64,000 nucleotides of DNA from positions 166,968,001 to 167,032,000 of the forward strand of contig CM059425.1 of assembly GCA_030390025.1 (NCBI GenBank), written 5' to 3'. Made by a program: the position numbers and the translations under genes. The notes below the pieces were generated by a model that had not been told where the DNA came from, searched no databases, and was given only the letters and a program-made list of their open reading frames with translations. Below are positions 11,086 to 22,310 of this stretch, piece after piece. Position 1 is the first letter of the stretch, and every line of letters starts with the position of its first letter. Source of the DNA: Squalus acanthias (taxonomy: Eukaryota).

Positions 11086-12527
11086 TTTCAAATAAAACTG
11101 TTGGACTATAACCTGGTGTTGTGCGACTTCTCACTTTTGTCCACCCCAGTCCAACACCGGCATCTCCGCATCATGGCCAATATTAAAGATAGATCAAGAG
11201 AAAGCCTTTGATAGGGTCTCTCATGAGTTTTTATTGATGGTTTTGGAAGAATTTGGTTTCAGGAATAATTTCATTGAGTGGATAAGGATTTTTTATTCAA
11301 ACATATTTAGCTGTGTTAAATGTAATGGTTTTTTATCCAAGTATTTTCCGATACAGAGGTCAGTGACAGGGTTGTCCCCTGTCCCCATCGTTGTACACAT
11401 TGGTAGCAGAACCATTAGGTTACATGATGCGAAAGGAACAAGGCTTAGTCGGGATTGCGTTTCCCAGTGGGTGTCGGTGATACACCAATATGCAGATGAC
11501 ACAACCTTAACGTTGAGAGATGGGGAGTCAGTGAGGAAAGCTATGGACGCAGTGGAGGAGTATTGTAGAGCTTCAGGAGCTAGAGTGAATTATAGTAAGT
11601 CCCAATGCCTGGTTGCGGGAAGGGGTAGGGGGGAATGGTTGGAGGAAAGCCCTTTTAAGGTGGTGGAGGTTTTGGATGTTCTGGGGGTGCATATGGGGTT
11701 CAAGAAGGACAGGGATGAAGTGGATCGATTAAATTGAGAACCAAAGGTTGTGAAAATTAAAAAGATTTTGGGAAGATGGGAAAGAAGGTGGTTGAAAGTG
11801 CAAGGAAGAGCAACAGTGGTGTCCGCTCTCCTGCTATCTGAGCTATGGTACTTATTGATGGTGGAGGATATTTCTGAGTGGGTGGAAAAGTCCATCCGAG
11901 AGACTTGTGTGAGGTTTTTATGGGAAGGGAAACCAGCCTTGGTTGCTTACAATACCATCATTGGATGGAGAAATCAGGGAGGACTCAATTTCCCAGATAT
12001 TGATTTGAAGAAAAAATCCTTTAGAATCAAATGGGTGAAGAGATTTCTTCAGAAGTCAAATACAAGTTTTTGGAAGAGTTGTTTTGAGCATTTTTCAAAA
12101 CTAAATGGAATAGGAGGGCAGGGGATATTGTATATGTAATACAATAATATGTTTTTGAAATCGATTAAACCTCTCCCTAGGTTTTATAAGGGGGTTGCAG
12201 AGACTTGGGCCCAATTTTTAAAAGTTTGCAGTTTATGCCCAAGGGTGCTGAGGAAATTTTAGAACAGCCCTTATTTTTGAACAGGTGGGTCAACATTGAA
12301 GGAGAGGTATTATTTACTCAAGCTTTTATAAAAACTGGTATTGTAGTTACTCCAAAGAATGAAGATAGATGGGTGACGGTGAGAGGGGCTAGGAGGAAGC
12401 AGTCAGTGCAGGGATCCTCTGTGGTCGTTCCCCTCAGTAACAAGTATACCGCTTTGGATACTGTTGAGGGGGACGACCTACCAGTGGTAAGCCACGGTGA
12501 CCGGATCTCTGGCGCTGAGTCGTCCCT

Positions 12528-13070
12528 GTGGCTCAGAAGGGAAGGGGGGAGAGCAGGAGAGCAATAGTTATTGGGGACTCAATAGTCAGAGGGACAGATA
12601 GGAGGTTCTGTGGCAGCAAAAGAGACTCACGGATGGTATGTTGCCTCCCGGGTGCCAGGGTCCGTGACGTCTCGGACCGTGTTTTCAGAATCCTCAAGGG
12701 GGAGGGGGAACAATCACAAGTCGTGGTACACATCGGTACCAACGACATAGGTAGGAGAAGGGACGGGGATTTAAAACAGGAATTTAGGGAGCTAGGTTGG
12801 TAGCTGAGAGCCAGTACAAACCATGTTGTAATCTCTGGTTTGTTGCCGGTGCCACGTGCTAGCGAGTTGAGGAACAGGGAGAGAGTGCAGATAAACACGT
12901 GGCTGCAGGGATGGTGTAGGGGGGAGGGTTTCAGTTATGTGGATAATTGGAGCACATTCTGGGGAAGGTGAGACCTGTACAAACAGGACGGTTTGCACCT
13001 GAACCAGAGGGGCACCAATATCCTGGGAGGGAAATTTGCTACGGCTCTTCGGGGGGGTTTAAACTAATTT
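12528..13070 (+). pseudogene. CR1 ORF1 SGNH esterase-like domain with stops
   Basis: IVIGDSIVR, CLPGARV, VHIGTND, DGLHLN; stops at about 12801 and 12969. Confidence 0.85.
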
Positions 13071-13180
13071 GTCAGGGGGATGGGGAAAAGGGCTGTAGTC
13101 CAGGAGCCAGTGGTGAGTGTAGGGAGGTACTGAGGAGGGTATCAAGGTCGCAGGAATGTACCGGCAGACAGGAAGGTGGC

Positions 13181-15963
13181 TTGAAGTGCGTCTACTTCAA
13201 TGCAAGGAGCATCCGGAATAAGGTAGGAGAACTTGGAGCGTGGATTGGTACTTGGGACTACGATGTGGTGGCCATTACGGAGACATGGTTAGAACAGGGA
13301 CAGAATGGTTGTTGGAAGTTCCGGGGTATAGATGTTTCAGTAAGAGTAGGGAAGGTGGTAAGAAAGGTGGAGGAGTAGCATTGTTAATCAAGGATAGTTT
13401 AACAGCGGCAGAAAGGCAGTTCGAGGGGGATCTGCCGTCTGAGGTAATATGGGCTGAAGTTAGAAATAGGAAAGGAGCGGTCACGTTGTTAGGAGTTTTC
13501 TACAGGCCCCCAAATAGTAATAGAGATGTGGAGGAAGAAATTGCAAAGCAGATTATGAATAGGTGTGGAGGTCACAGAGTAGTTGTCATGGGTGACTTCA
13601 ACTTTCCAAATATTGATTGGAACCTTTATAGGTCAAACAGTTCGGATGGGATAGTTTTTGCACAGTGTGTGCAGGAGGGTTTCCTGACACAATATGTGGA
13701 TAGGCCGACAAGAGGTGGGGCCACATTGGATTTGGTACTGGGTAATGAACCGGGCCAAGTGTTTGATTTGTATGTGGGAGAGCACTTTGGAGATAGTGAC
13801 CACAATTCGGTGACTTTCACTATTGCAATGGAGAGGGATAGGGCCATACAGCAGGGCAGGGTTTATAATTGGGGGAGGGGTAATTATGATGCGATTAGGC
13901 AAGAATTAGGGAGCATAAGATGGGAACAGAAACTATCAGGGAAAGGCACAAACGAAAAGTGGAGCTTTTTCATGGAGCAATTACTGCGTGTCCTTGATAG
14001 GTATGTCCCTGTCAGGCAGGGAGGAAATGGCCGAGTGAGAGAACCATGGTTCACAAAAGAGGTTGAATGTCTAGTCAAGAGGAAAAAGGAAGCGTATGTA
14101 AGGATGAGAAAACAAGGTTCAGTTGGGTCGATTGAGGGGTACAAGGTAGCAAGGAATGAGCTAAAAAAAGAGCTTAGGAGAGCTAGGAGGGGGCATGAGA
14201 AGTCCTTGGCGGGTCGGATCAAGGAAAACCCCAAGGCTTTTTACTCTTATGTGAGAAATAAAAGAATGACCAGGGTGAGGGTAGGCCCGGTCAAGGACAG
14301 TAGTGGGAACTTGTGCATGGAGTCAGAAGAGATAGGAGAGGTGATGAATGAATACTTTTCGTCAGTGTTCACCGAGGAGAGGGGCCATGTTTTTGAGGAT
14401 GAGAGTGTGATAAAGGTGGATAGGCTGGAGGAGGTAGATGTTCTGAGGGAAGATGTTTTAGCAATTTTGAAGAACCTGAGGGTCGATAAGTCCCCTGGGC
14501 CAGATGGGATATATCCTAGGATTCTTTGGGAGGCAAGGGAGGAGATTGCAGAGCCTTTGGCTTTGATCTTTGGGTCCTCACTGTCCACGGGGATGGTGCC
14601 AGAGGACTGGAGAGTGGCGAATGTTGTTCCTCTCTTCAAGAAAGGAAATAGGAATGACCCTGGTAATTATAGGCCGGTTAGTCTTACTTCGGTGGTTGGT
14701 AAGATAATGGAAAAGGTCCTGAAGGATAGGATTTATGACCATTTGGAAAGATGCAACTTAATCCGGGATAGTCAACACGGATTCGTGAAGGGTAAGTCTT
14801 GCCTAACAAATTTGATTGAATTCTTTGAGGAGGTAACTAAGTGTGTAGATGAAGGTAGAGCAGTTGATGTCGTATACATGGATTTTAGTAAGGTGTTTGA
14901 TAAGGTTCCCCATGGTCGGCTCATGAAGAAAGTAAGGAGTTGTGGGATAGAGGGAAATTTGGCCGATTGGATAAGTAACTGGCTATCTCATAGAAGGCAG
15001 AGGGTGGTGGTGGATGGAAAATTTTCGGACTGGAGACCAGTTACCAGCGGTGTGCCACAGGGGTCGGTGCTGGGTCCTCTGCTGTTTGTGATTTTTATCA
15101 ATGACTTGGAGGAGGGGACTGAAGGGTGGATCAGTAAATTTGCTGATGACACCAAGATTGGTGGAGTAGTGGATGAGGTAGAGGGCTGTTGTAGGCTGCA
15201 AAGAGACATTGATAGGATGCAGAGCTGGGCCGAAAAATGGCAGATGGAATTTAACCCTGATAAGTGCGAGGTGATTCATTTTGGTAGGGCAAATTTGAAT
15301 AAGGATTACAGGGTCAACGGCAGGGTTCTGAGGAACGTGGAGGAACAGAGGGATCTGGGGGTTCATATCCACAGATCTCTGAAGGTTGCCACTCAAGTGG
15401 ATAGAGCAGTAAAGAAGGCCTATAGTGTGTTAGCGTTTATTAACAAGGGGTTTGAGTTTAAGAACCATGAGGTTATGCTGCAACTGTACAGGACCTTGGT
15501 GAGACCACATTTGGAATATTGTGTGCAGTTCTGGTCACCTCACTATAGGAAGGACATGGAAGCATTGGAAAGAGTGCAAAGGAGATTTACCAGGATGCTG
15601 CCTGGTTTGGGGGGGAGGTCTTATGAGGAAAGATTGAGGGAGCTAGGGCTTTTCTCTTTAGAGCGGAGGAGGATGAGAGGCGACTTAATAGAGGTTTATA
15701 AGATGATGAGGGGGATAGATAGAGTGGATGTTCAGAGACTATTTCCTCGGGTGGATGTAGCTGTTACAAGGGGGCATAACTATAAGGTGCATGGGGGGAG
15801 ATATAGAAGGGATGTCCGAGGTAGATTCTTTACTCAGAGAGTGGTTGGGGTGTGGAATGGACTGCCTGCTGTGATAGTGGAGTCGGACACTTTAGGAACT
15901 TTCAAGCGGTTATTGGATAAGCATATGGAGCACACCAGAATGATAGGGAGTGGGATAGCTTGA
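13181..15963 (+). CDS. CR1 ORF2 (APE endonuclease plus reverse transcriptase), open apart from one frameshift near 13300
   Basis: YFNARSIRNK in one frame, then the 907-aa ORF with YRPP, GDFN, SDH, PGPDG, YRPVSLTS, GVPQGSVLGP, FADD. Confidence 0.93.
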
Positions 15964-16040
15964 TCTTGGTTTCGGACAATGCTCGGCACAACATCGAGGG
16001 CCGAAGGGCCTGTACTGTGCTGTACTGTTCTATGTTCTAT

Positions 16041-16956
16041 ATGTGAAAGATGTATTATATGAGGTAATTCCAGGTTGGTTGCCGGAAGCGATAGTGAGGG
16101 ACATGGTGTGGGAGGAGGATCAGGAGGTAGAGGAAAAAGCAATGATGATCATGTATGAGAAGATTGTGAGGGCAATGCCACAGGATTGGATGGAAGAAAT
16201 AAATGAGCAAATCTCCATAGGAAGTAAAATGTGTCCAACTTTTCCAAGCTTTCTGCTGGAGAAAGGGGAGGAGTTGGTCCAATTTGACAACTGTAATACT
16301 CGAGATTTCTATGGGGTATTTAGAGAATGGAGATTCAAGACACCTGCTGGTCGGGAGTTTTGGCAGCGTATGTACCCACAGCTGGACTTCAACAGGATTT
16401 GGAAGGGAGTGTGGGTGAATTTTAAATGTCCAGAGTGGATTGAACTGGATTTCAAATTGGCTCAGAACTGGATTTTTACCATGACGGTCTTATGTAAGAT
16501 TGGGCGAGTGGAGGTGGTAACTTGCCCAGTGTGTGGGACACGGGATGAGACTCTGTCCCATTTACTGGTGTTATGTCTGCAGTTAAAGGATTTTAAGTAC
16601 TACGTTCGACAGTTGTGTGAGGTTTTTTGCTGGGTGGGGACCGAAGAGCGAGAATGGGAATCCCGTGGGACTCAATTTTGAGATGGGGATTGCAGGAGAG
16701 TCTGGTCGAGTCTAGCGGAGCGGCAATTAATTTAATGTTCAGTTTGACTAGATTTGTCATTGTGCAAAGAAGGAATGCTCTGTTTTTTAAGGGGAGGAGA
16801 ATAAATCTGAAAGAGTATTTTAAATATAAACTGAAAGATCATTATAAGGCTCTGTGGATGTTTTATTCAGAAAGGAATTTAAAGATAGTATTTTATGATC
16901 AATTTTTAAAGTACAATCGATTAATAAATGTTACGGGAGACAAATTAAACTTTTGA
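16041..16956 (+). pseudogene. Tx1 ORF2 C-terminus with zinc-binding motif
   Basis: CPVCGTRDETLSHLLVLC followed by frameshifted C-terminal sequence. Confidence 0.85.
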
Positions 16957-17077
16957 TGTTAATATGTGGTGGAGGAATGGCTGTGCAGAGTGGTGGAATG
17001 TATTTGTCTGATACAATGGAATGTTCACGATGTTGTAAATGTTTTTAATGTTCAATAAATAATATATATTAAAAAAA

Positions 17078-17281
17078 GTGGGTTGCACGCTCGCCTCTGA
17101 GTCAGAAGGTTGTGGGTTCAAGTCCCACTCCAGTGGCTTCAGCACAAAAATCTAGGCTGACACTCCAAGGCAGTGCTGAGGGAGTGCTGCACTAATGAGA
17201 CGTTAAACTGAGACCCCGTCTGCTATCTCAGGTGGACGTAAAAGATCCCATGGCATTATTTTGAAGAAGAGCAGGGGAGTT
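17078..17281 (+). mobile_element. SacSINE1/DeuSINE-like SINE, tRNA-derived head and body
   Basis: Box B-like GGTTCAAGTCCC followed by GCTGAGGGAGTGCTGCACT...AAAGATCCCATGGCA; recognised from memory of the family. Confidence 0.78.
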
Positions 17282-17289
17282 AAATGTTT

Positions 17290-18752
17290 AGAGGTCGCAC
17301 AACACCAGGTTATAGTCCAACAGTTTTATTTGAAATCACAAGCTTTCGGAGCTATCGGTTGCTCCTTCCTCAGGTGAAGTAAATTAGATACAGAATCGCC
17401 AAAGCATATATAGATAGAGAACAAAGCATGTGTACCTTACAATTGCAGACCACTAAATTAAATCATCCTGACTATCTGCCGAGGTGTGATAAAGTTAATC
17501 AAGTCAGCCAGGAAGGTACTACATCAAAGACATAGCAAGATACAACTGAGACAATGAGGTGTAGTCGCAGGGGTTCTAACGTGTCAAAAGCTGCCGTCTG
17601 TATGTAAAACGAAAAGCTTTAAAATTTTTACTTTTTTACTGGGAAAATTTTTACTTTTTTACTGGGAATCACATCTGTGAACAAGCCAATGACGACTCGA
17701 GTCCGGATCACGTCATGTATCGTGACATAAACCCAAGATCCCGGTTGAGACCGTCTTCATGAGTGCGGAACTTGGCTATCAGTTTCTGCTCGATGATTTT
17801 GCGTTGTCGTGTGTTTCTAAGGTTGCCTTGGAGAACGCTTACCCGCAGATCCGAGGCTGAATGTCCTTGACTGCTGAAGTGTTCCCCGACTGGGAGGTAA
17901 CAATCCTGCCTGGCGATTGTTGCGCGGTGCTCGTTCATACGTTGTCTCAGTGTCTGCATGGTCTCGCCGATGTACCATGCCGCGGTGCATTCTTTCCTGC
18001 AACGTATGAGGTAGACAACGTTGGCCGAGTCACATGAGTATGTACCATGTACCTGGTGGGTAGTGTCCTCACGTGTGATGGTGGTATCTGTGTTGATGAT
18101 CTGGCATGTCTTGCAGAGTTTGCCATGGCAGGGTTGTGTGGTGTCGTGGTCGCTGTTATCCTGAAAGCTGGGTAATTTGCTGCGAACGATGGTACTTCTG
18201 AGGTTAGGCGGCTGTTTGAAGGCAAGTAGTGGAGGCGTGGGGATGGCCTTAGCGAGGTGTTTGTCATCATCGATGACATGTTGAAGGCTGCGAAGAACAT
18301 GGCGTAGTTTCTCCACTCCGGGGAAGTACTAGACGACGTAGGGTACCCTGTTGGTTGTGTCCCGTGTTTGCCTTCTGAGGAGGTCTATGCGATTTTTCGC
18401 TGTGGCCCGTCGGAACTGTCGATCGATGAGTCGAGCGTCATATCCCGTTCTTACGAGGGCGTTTTTCAGCGTCCGTAGGTGTCCATCGCGTTCCTCCTCG
18501 TCTGAGCAGATCCTGTGTATTCGCAGGGCTTGTCCATAGGGGATGGCTTCTTTAACATGGTTAGGGTGGAAGCTGGAGAAGTGGAGCATCGTGAGGTTGT
18601 CCGTGGGCTTGCGGTAGAGTGAAGTGCTGAGGTGTCCGTCTTTGATGGAGATTCGTGTGTCCAGGAATGAGACCGATTCTGAGGAGTAGTCCATGGTGAG
18701 TTTGATGGTGGGATGGAACTTGTTTATGTTATCGTGTAGTCTTTTCAGTGAT
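17290..18752 (-). mobile_element. Penelope-like element family A, 5'-truncated (RT C-terminus, GIY-YIG, 3' pLTR)
   Basis: FLDT, LYRKPTD, IPYGQALR, C..CKTC, VVYLIRC, WYIGET, HEDGLN in ORFs 18329-18694 and 17708-18316. Confidence 0.92.
17336..17377 (-). ncRNA. Minimal hammerhead ribozyme motif, family A
   Basis: Minus strand TCAC-CTGAGGA-A-GGAGC aaccgata GCTCC-GAAA-GCTT-GTGA. Confidence 0.82.
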
Positions 18753-18756
18753 CCTT

Positions 18757-18914
18757 TTGCCAGTGCTTATCTATCATTATACCTTTTAATCTAATTTCCC
18801 AATCTACCTTAGCCAATCCGCCCCTCATACCTATGTAATTGGCTTTATTTAAGTTTAAGACTCTCATTTGGGATTTTAGTATTTCACTCTCAAACTCAAT
18901 CTGAAATTCTATCA
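18757..18914 (-). repeat. Inverted copy of CR1 fragment 4204-4361
   Basis: Reverse complement aligns to 4204-4361 without gaps and shares its diagnostic variants. Confidence 0.8.
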
Positions 18915-19097
18915 ACATAACAAAAACAGATTATCAGGTCATTATCACATTGCTGTTTCTGGGAGCTTGCTGTGTGTAAATTGGCTGCCGCGTTTCCCAC
19001 ATTACAACAGTGACTACACTCCAAAATTACTTCATTGGCTGTAAAGCGCTTTGAGACGTCCGGTGGTCATGAAATGCAAGTATTGCTTTCTTTCTTT
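18912..19097 (+). mobile_element. 3' half of the SINE begun at 17078
   Basis: CAGATTATC.GGTCATTATCACATTGCTG...CATTGGCTGTAAAGCGCTTTG and TTTC tail. Confidence 0.8.
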
Positions 19098-19275
19098 ATC
19101 GAAAGAAATTAAAGATAGTCTTAGATTAAAAGAAGAGGCTTATAATGTTGTGAAGAATAGTAGTAAGCCTGAGGATTGGGAGAGCTTTAGAAACCAGCAA
19201 TGGGTGACCCCAACAAATTGATAAAAAAAGGGAGAAAATAGAAATGAGAGTAAACTAGCAAGAAATATAAGATTG
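19098..19275 (+). mobile_element. CR1 ORF2 fragment, continuation of 4143-4448
   Basis: Matches about 38290-38440. Confidence 0.8.
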
Positions 19276-19287
19276 TAAGAGATCGTA

Positions 19288-19845
19288 AGATCTACAAGGC
19301 ACAAGTCAGGAGTGTGATGGAATACTCTCCACTTGCAGCTCCAGCAACACTCAAGAAGCTCGACACCATCCAAGACAAAGCAGCCCGTTTGATTGGCACC
19401 CCATCCACCACCTTAAACATTCACTCCCTCCACCATCTTAAACATTCACTCCCTCCACCAACAGTGCACCATGGCTGCAGTGTGTACCATCTACAAGATG
19501 CATTGCAGCAACTCGTCAAGGCTTCTTCGGCAGCACCTCCCAAACCCACGACCTCTTCCACCTAGAGGAACAAGGGCAGCAGGCACATGGGAACACCACC
19601 ACCTCCAAGTTCCCCTCCATGTCACACACCATCCTGACTTGGAAATATATCGCCGATCCTTCATCGTCGCTGGGTCAAAATCCTGGAACTCCCTCCCTAA
19701 CAGCACTATGGGAGCACCTTCGCCTCACGGACTGCAACAGTTTAAGAAGGCGGCTCACCACCACCTTCTGAAGGGCAATTAGGGATGGGCAATAAATGCT
19801 GGCATTGCCAGCCACGTCCACATCCCAGGAACGAATAAACAAAAA
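19288..19845 (+). mobile_element. 3' end of a second LINE family (CR1/L2/Jockey group, clade uncertain)
   Basis: YKAQVRSVMEYS..., KSWNSLP; same 3' UTR as at about 22240-22310 and 42206-42290. Confidence 0.8.
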
Positions 19846-20889
19846 GATTGGCCAGTTGCTACCGTCGCAGGTGGCCCTCGGGTAATTGAAGCCAAAGGTT
19901 GGGTGTTAGGAGGCCAGAGGGGGGATCATTGGAGGGCGGCTCTGAGGCATCGGAGGCATGGGGGAGCATCAGAGGCTGGGTGAGGGGGAGTGGTGGCCCG
20001 CGATCTTTAAATGTGGGGTTGGGGGGAGCACTCCTGCTCTGCTGAGCTCAACATTCAGGTAAGTAAATTTCAAAAACTTATCTTGAACGGCTGCAGACGG
20101 TCCCAAGGTCTACCATTGGCAAACCAATCTTGAAGTGGAAGCCTCAAACAGGCGTTAGTACCCTTACTTCCATATGCAAAGGGTTAATGCCTGTTTCAGG
20201 TGTAGGCCCTGGACACCTGTTTTCTTTTCTGTACTAATCTGGCAGGCCACACACTGCTGGCTGGAAATGTGCATGCGCGTCCTGCCTGCCAAATTGGGGG
20301 CTGAGAAGGCCGATTAGTGACTGAAGAATGGGTGCTGCACGGCCCAATTTAATGATCAAGAGGTCTGTGTAATCAATTATTCTTCACAACATCTGGAACT
20401 GAACATGCCCCAATGCAACAAAAAGGATAATCTGTCCCTCATTCCATTTATGCCTATGTCCAAAACATTTATATAACTGGAAAACAAAGGAGGTTCCAAT
20501 GCAGATCCCTGGGGCACATCACTACTTATATTCTGTCAAGCTGTAAAACATCCACTCTTTGGTTTCTGTTACCCAGGATCTGCCCATTCATGCGCCTACA
20601 TGCCCTTTAATATCACGTTCCTCATTCTTTGTAGAGAGTCTCTTATCAGCTTGTCAAATGCCTTCTGCCTTCTTATACAGCATCCAGCAGATTTCCTTTA
20701 TCTATACACTCCGTGATTTCCTTGAAAAATGCAATTAAGTTGATTAAGCATGACCTGCCCTTTACAATTCCAAGTTGACTGTCCCTAATTAGTCCATATC
20801 TTTCCAGGTTTACTAATTCTATCACATATTATGGACACCAGAGACCCGAAAATATACAAGGGGGTACATCTCGGCATAAGTGCCATGAT

Positions 20890-22310
20890 GCTCAGGTATA
20901 TCCTGTCCACAAAAAGCAGGACAAATCTAATGCAGCCAATTACCGCCCCATCAATCTACTCTCAATCATCAGCAAAGTGATGGAAGATGCCATCGACAGT
21001 GCTATCAAGCGGCACTTACTCACCAATAAACTGCTCACTGATGCTCAGTTTGGGTTCCGCCAGGACCACTCAGCTCCAGAAATCAATACAGCCTTGGTCT
21101 GAACGTGGACAAAAGGGCTGAATTCCAGAGGTGAGATGAGAGCAACTGCCCTTGACATCAAGGCAGCATTTGAACAAGTATAGCACCAAGGAGCCCTAGT
21201 AAAATTGAAGTCAATGGGAACTGGGGGAAACTTTCCACTGGCTGGAGTCATACCTAGCACAAAGGAAGATGGTTGTGGTATTTGCAGGCCAATCATCTCA
21301 GCCCGAGGACATCGCTAAAGGAGTTCCTCAGGGCAGTGTCTGAGGCCCAACCATCTTCAACTGCTTCATCGATGACCTTCTCTCCATCATAAAGTCAGAA
21401 GTGGGGATGTTTGCTGATGATTGCACAGTGTTCAGTTCCATTCGCAATTCCTCAGATAATGAAGCAGTCCGTGCTGCATGCAGAAAGACCTGAACAACAT
21501 CCAGGCTTGTGCTGATAAGTGGGAAGTAACATGCGTACCACACAAGTGCCAGGCAATGACCATCTCCAACAAGACAGTCTAACCATCTCCCCTTGACATT
21601 CAATGGCATTACCATTATTGAATCTCCCACTATCAACATCCTGGTTGGTCACCATTGACCAGAAACTTAACTGGATCAGCCACATAAATACTGTGGCTAC
21701 AAGAGCAGGTCAGAGGCTGGGTATTCTGCGGTGAGTGACTCACCTCCTGACTCCCCAAAGCCTTTCCAACATCTACAAGGCACTAGTCAGGAATGTGATT
21801 GTAAACTCTCCACTTTCCTGGATGAGTGCAGCTCCAACAACACTCAAGAAACTCAACACCATCCAGGACAAAGCAGCCCGCTTGATCAGCACCTCTCCAC
21901 CACCTTAAACATTCACTCCCTCCACCACTGGCGTACCGTGGCTGCAGTGTGTACCATCTACAAGATGCACTGCAGCAACTCGCCAAGGCTTCTGCGACAG
22001 TACCTCCCAAACCCGTGACCTCTACCACCTAGAAGGACAAGGGCAGCAGGCCCATGAGAACACCATCACCTGCAAGTTCCCCTCCAAGTCAAACACCATC
22101 CTAACTTGGAAATATATAGCCGTTTCTTCATCGTTGCTGGGTCAAAATCCTGGAACTCCCTCCCTAACAGCACTGTGGGAGCACCTTCACCATACGGACT
22201 GCAGCGGTTCAAAAAGGCGGCTCACCACCACCTTCTGAAGGGCAATTAGGGATGGGCAGTAAATGCTGGCCTTGCCAGCAACACCTCCATCCCATGAATG
22301 AATAAAAAAT
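20890..22310 (+). mobile_element. Second LINE family, RT and 3' end, degenerate
   Basis: NYRPI.LLS, QFGFRQDHS, LDIKAAF, GVPQGSV, FADD; tail GAATGAATAAAAAA. Confidence 0.88.

Larger units (their letters stand above)
10955..11179. mobile_element. 225-bp hairpin insertion made only of Penelope family A terminal repeats
   Basis: 87-bp inverted arms 10954-11040 and 11052-11138, 41-nt tail, 12-bp duplication ATATTAAAGATA at 10943-10954 and 11180-11191. Confidence 0.92.
9760..12345 (+). pseudogene. Tx1 ORF2 endonuclease end, linker and reverse transcriptase, disrupted
   Basis: SQIDF, SDH, GSDGL, WKPITLLNVDYKILA, DQEKAFD and QYADD motifs. Confidence 0.9.
12346..16040 (+). mobile_element. Young, 5'-truncated CR1 (HER1-like) LINE inserted in Tx1 ORF2
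   Basis: Esterase ORF1, long ORF2 and tail TGTTCTATGTTCTAT; Tx1 frame G-I-V...V-K-D-V-L-Y-E resumes after it. Confidence 0.95.
4466..17077 (+). mobile_element. Full-length degenerate Tx1/L1-clade non-LTR retrotransposon, about 5.7 kb once three nested insertions are removed
   Basis: ORF1 CCHC knuckles; ORF2 APE endonuclease, RT and C-terminal zinc motif in order; AATAAA at 17054 and A7 tail at 17071-17077. Confidence 0.88.

Noticed and set aside
10954..11138. DNA-transposon MITE, terminator or CRISPR-like repeat
   Set aside because: Arms match Penelope A 3' ends at 17290 and 52514; no spacer array; eukaryotic context
17078..17135. tRNA gene
   Set aside because: Truncated tRNA-like head that continues into SINE body sequence
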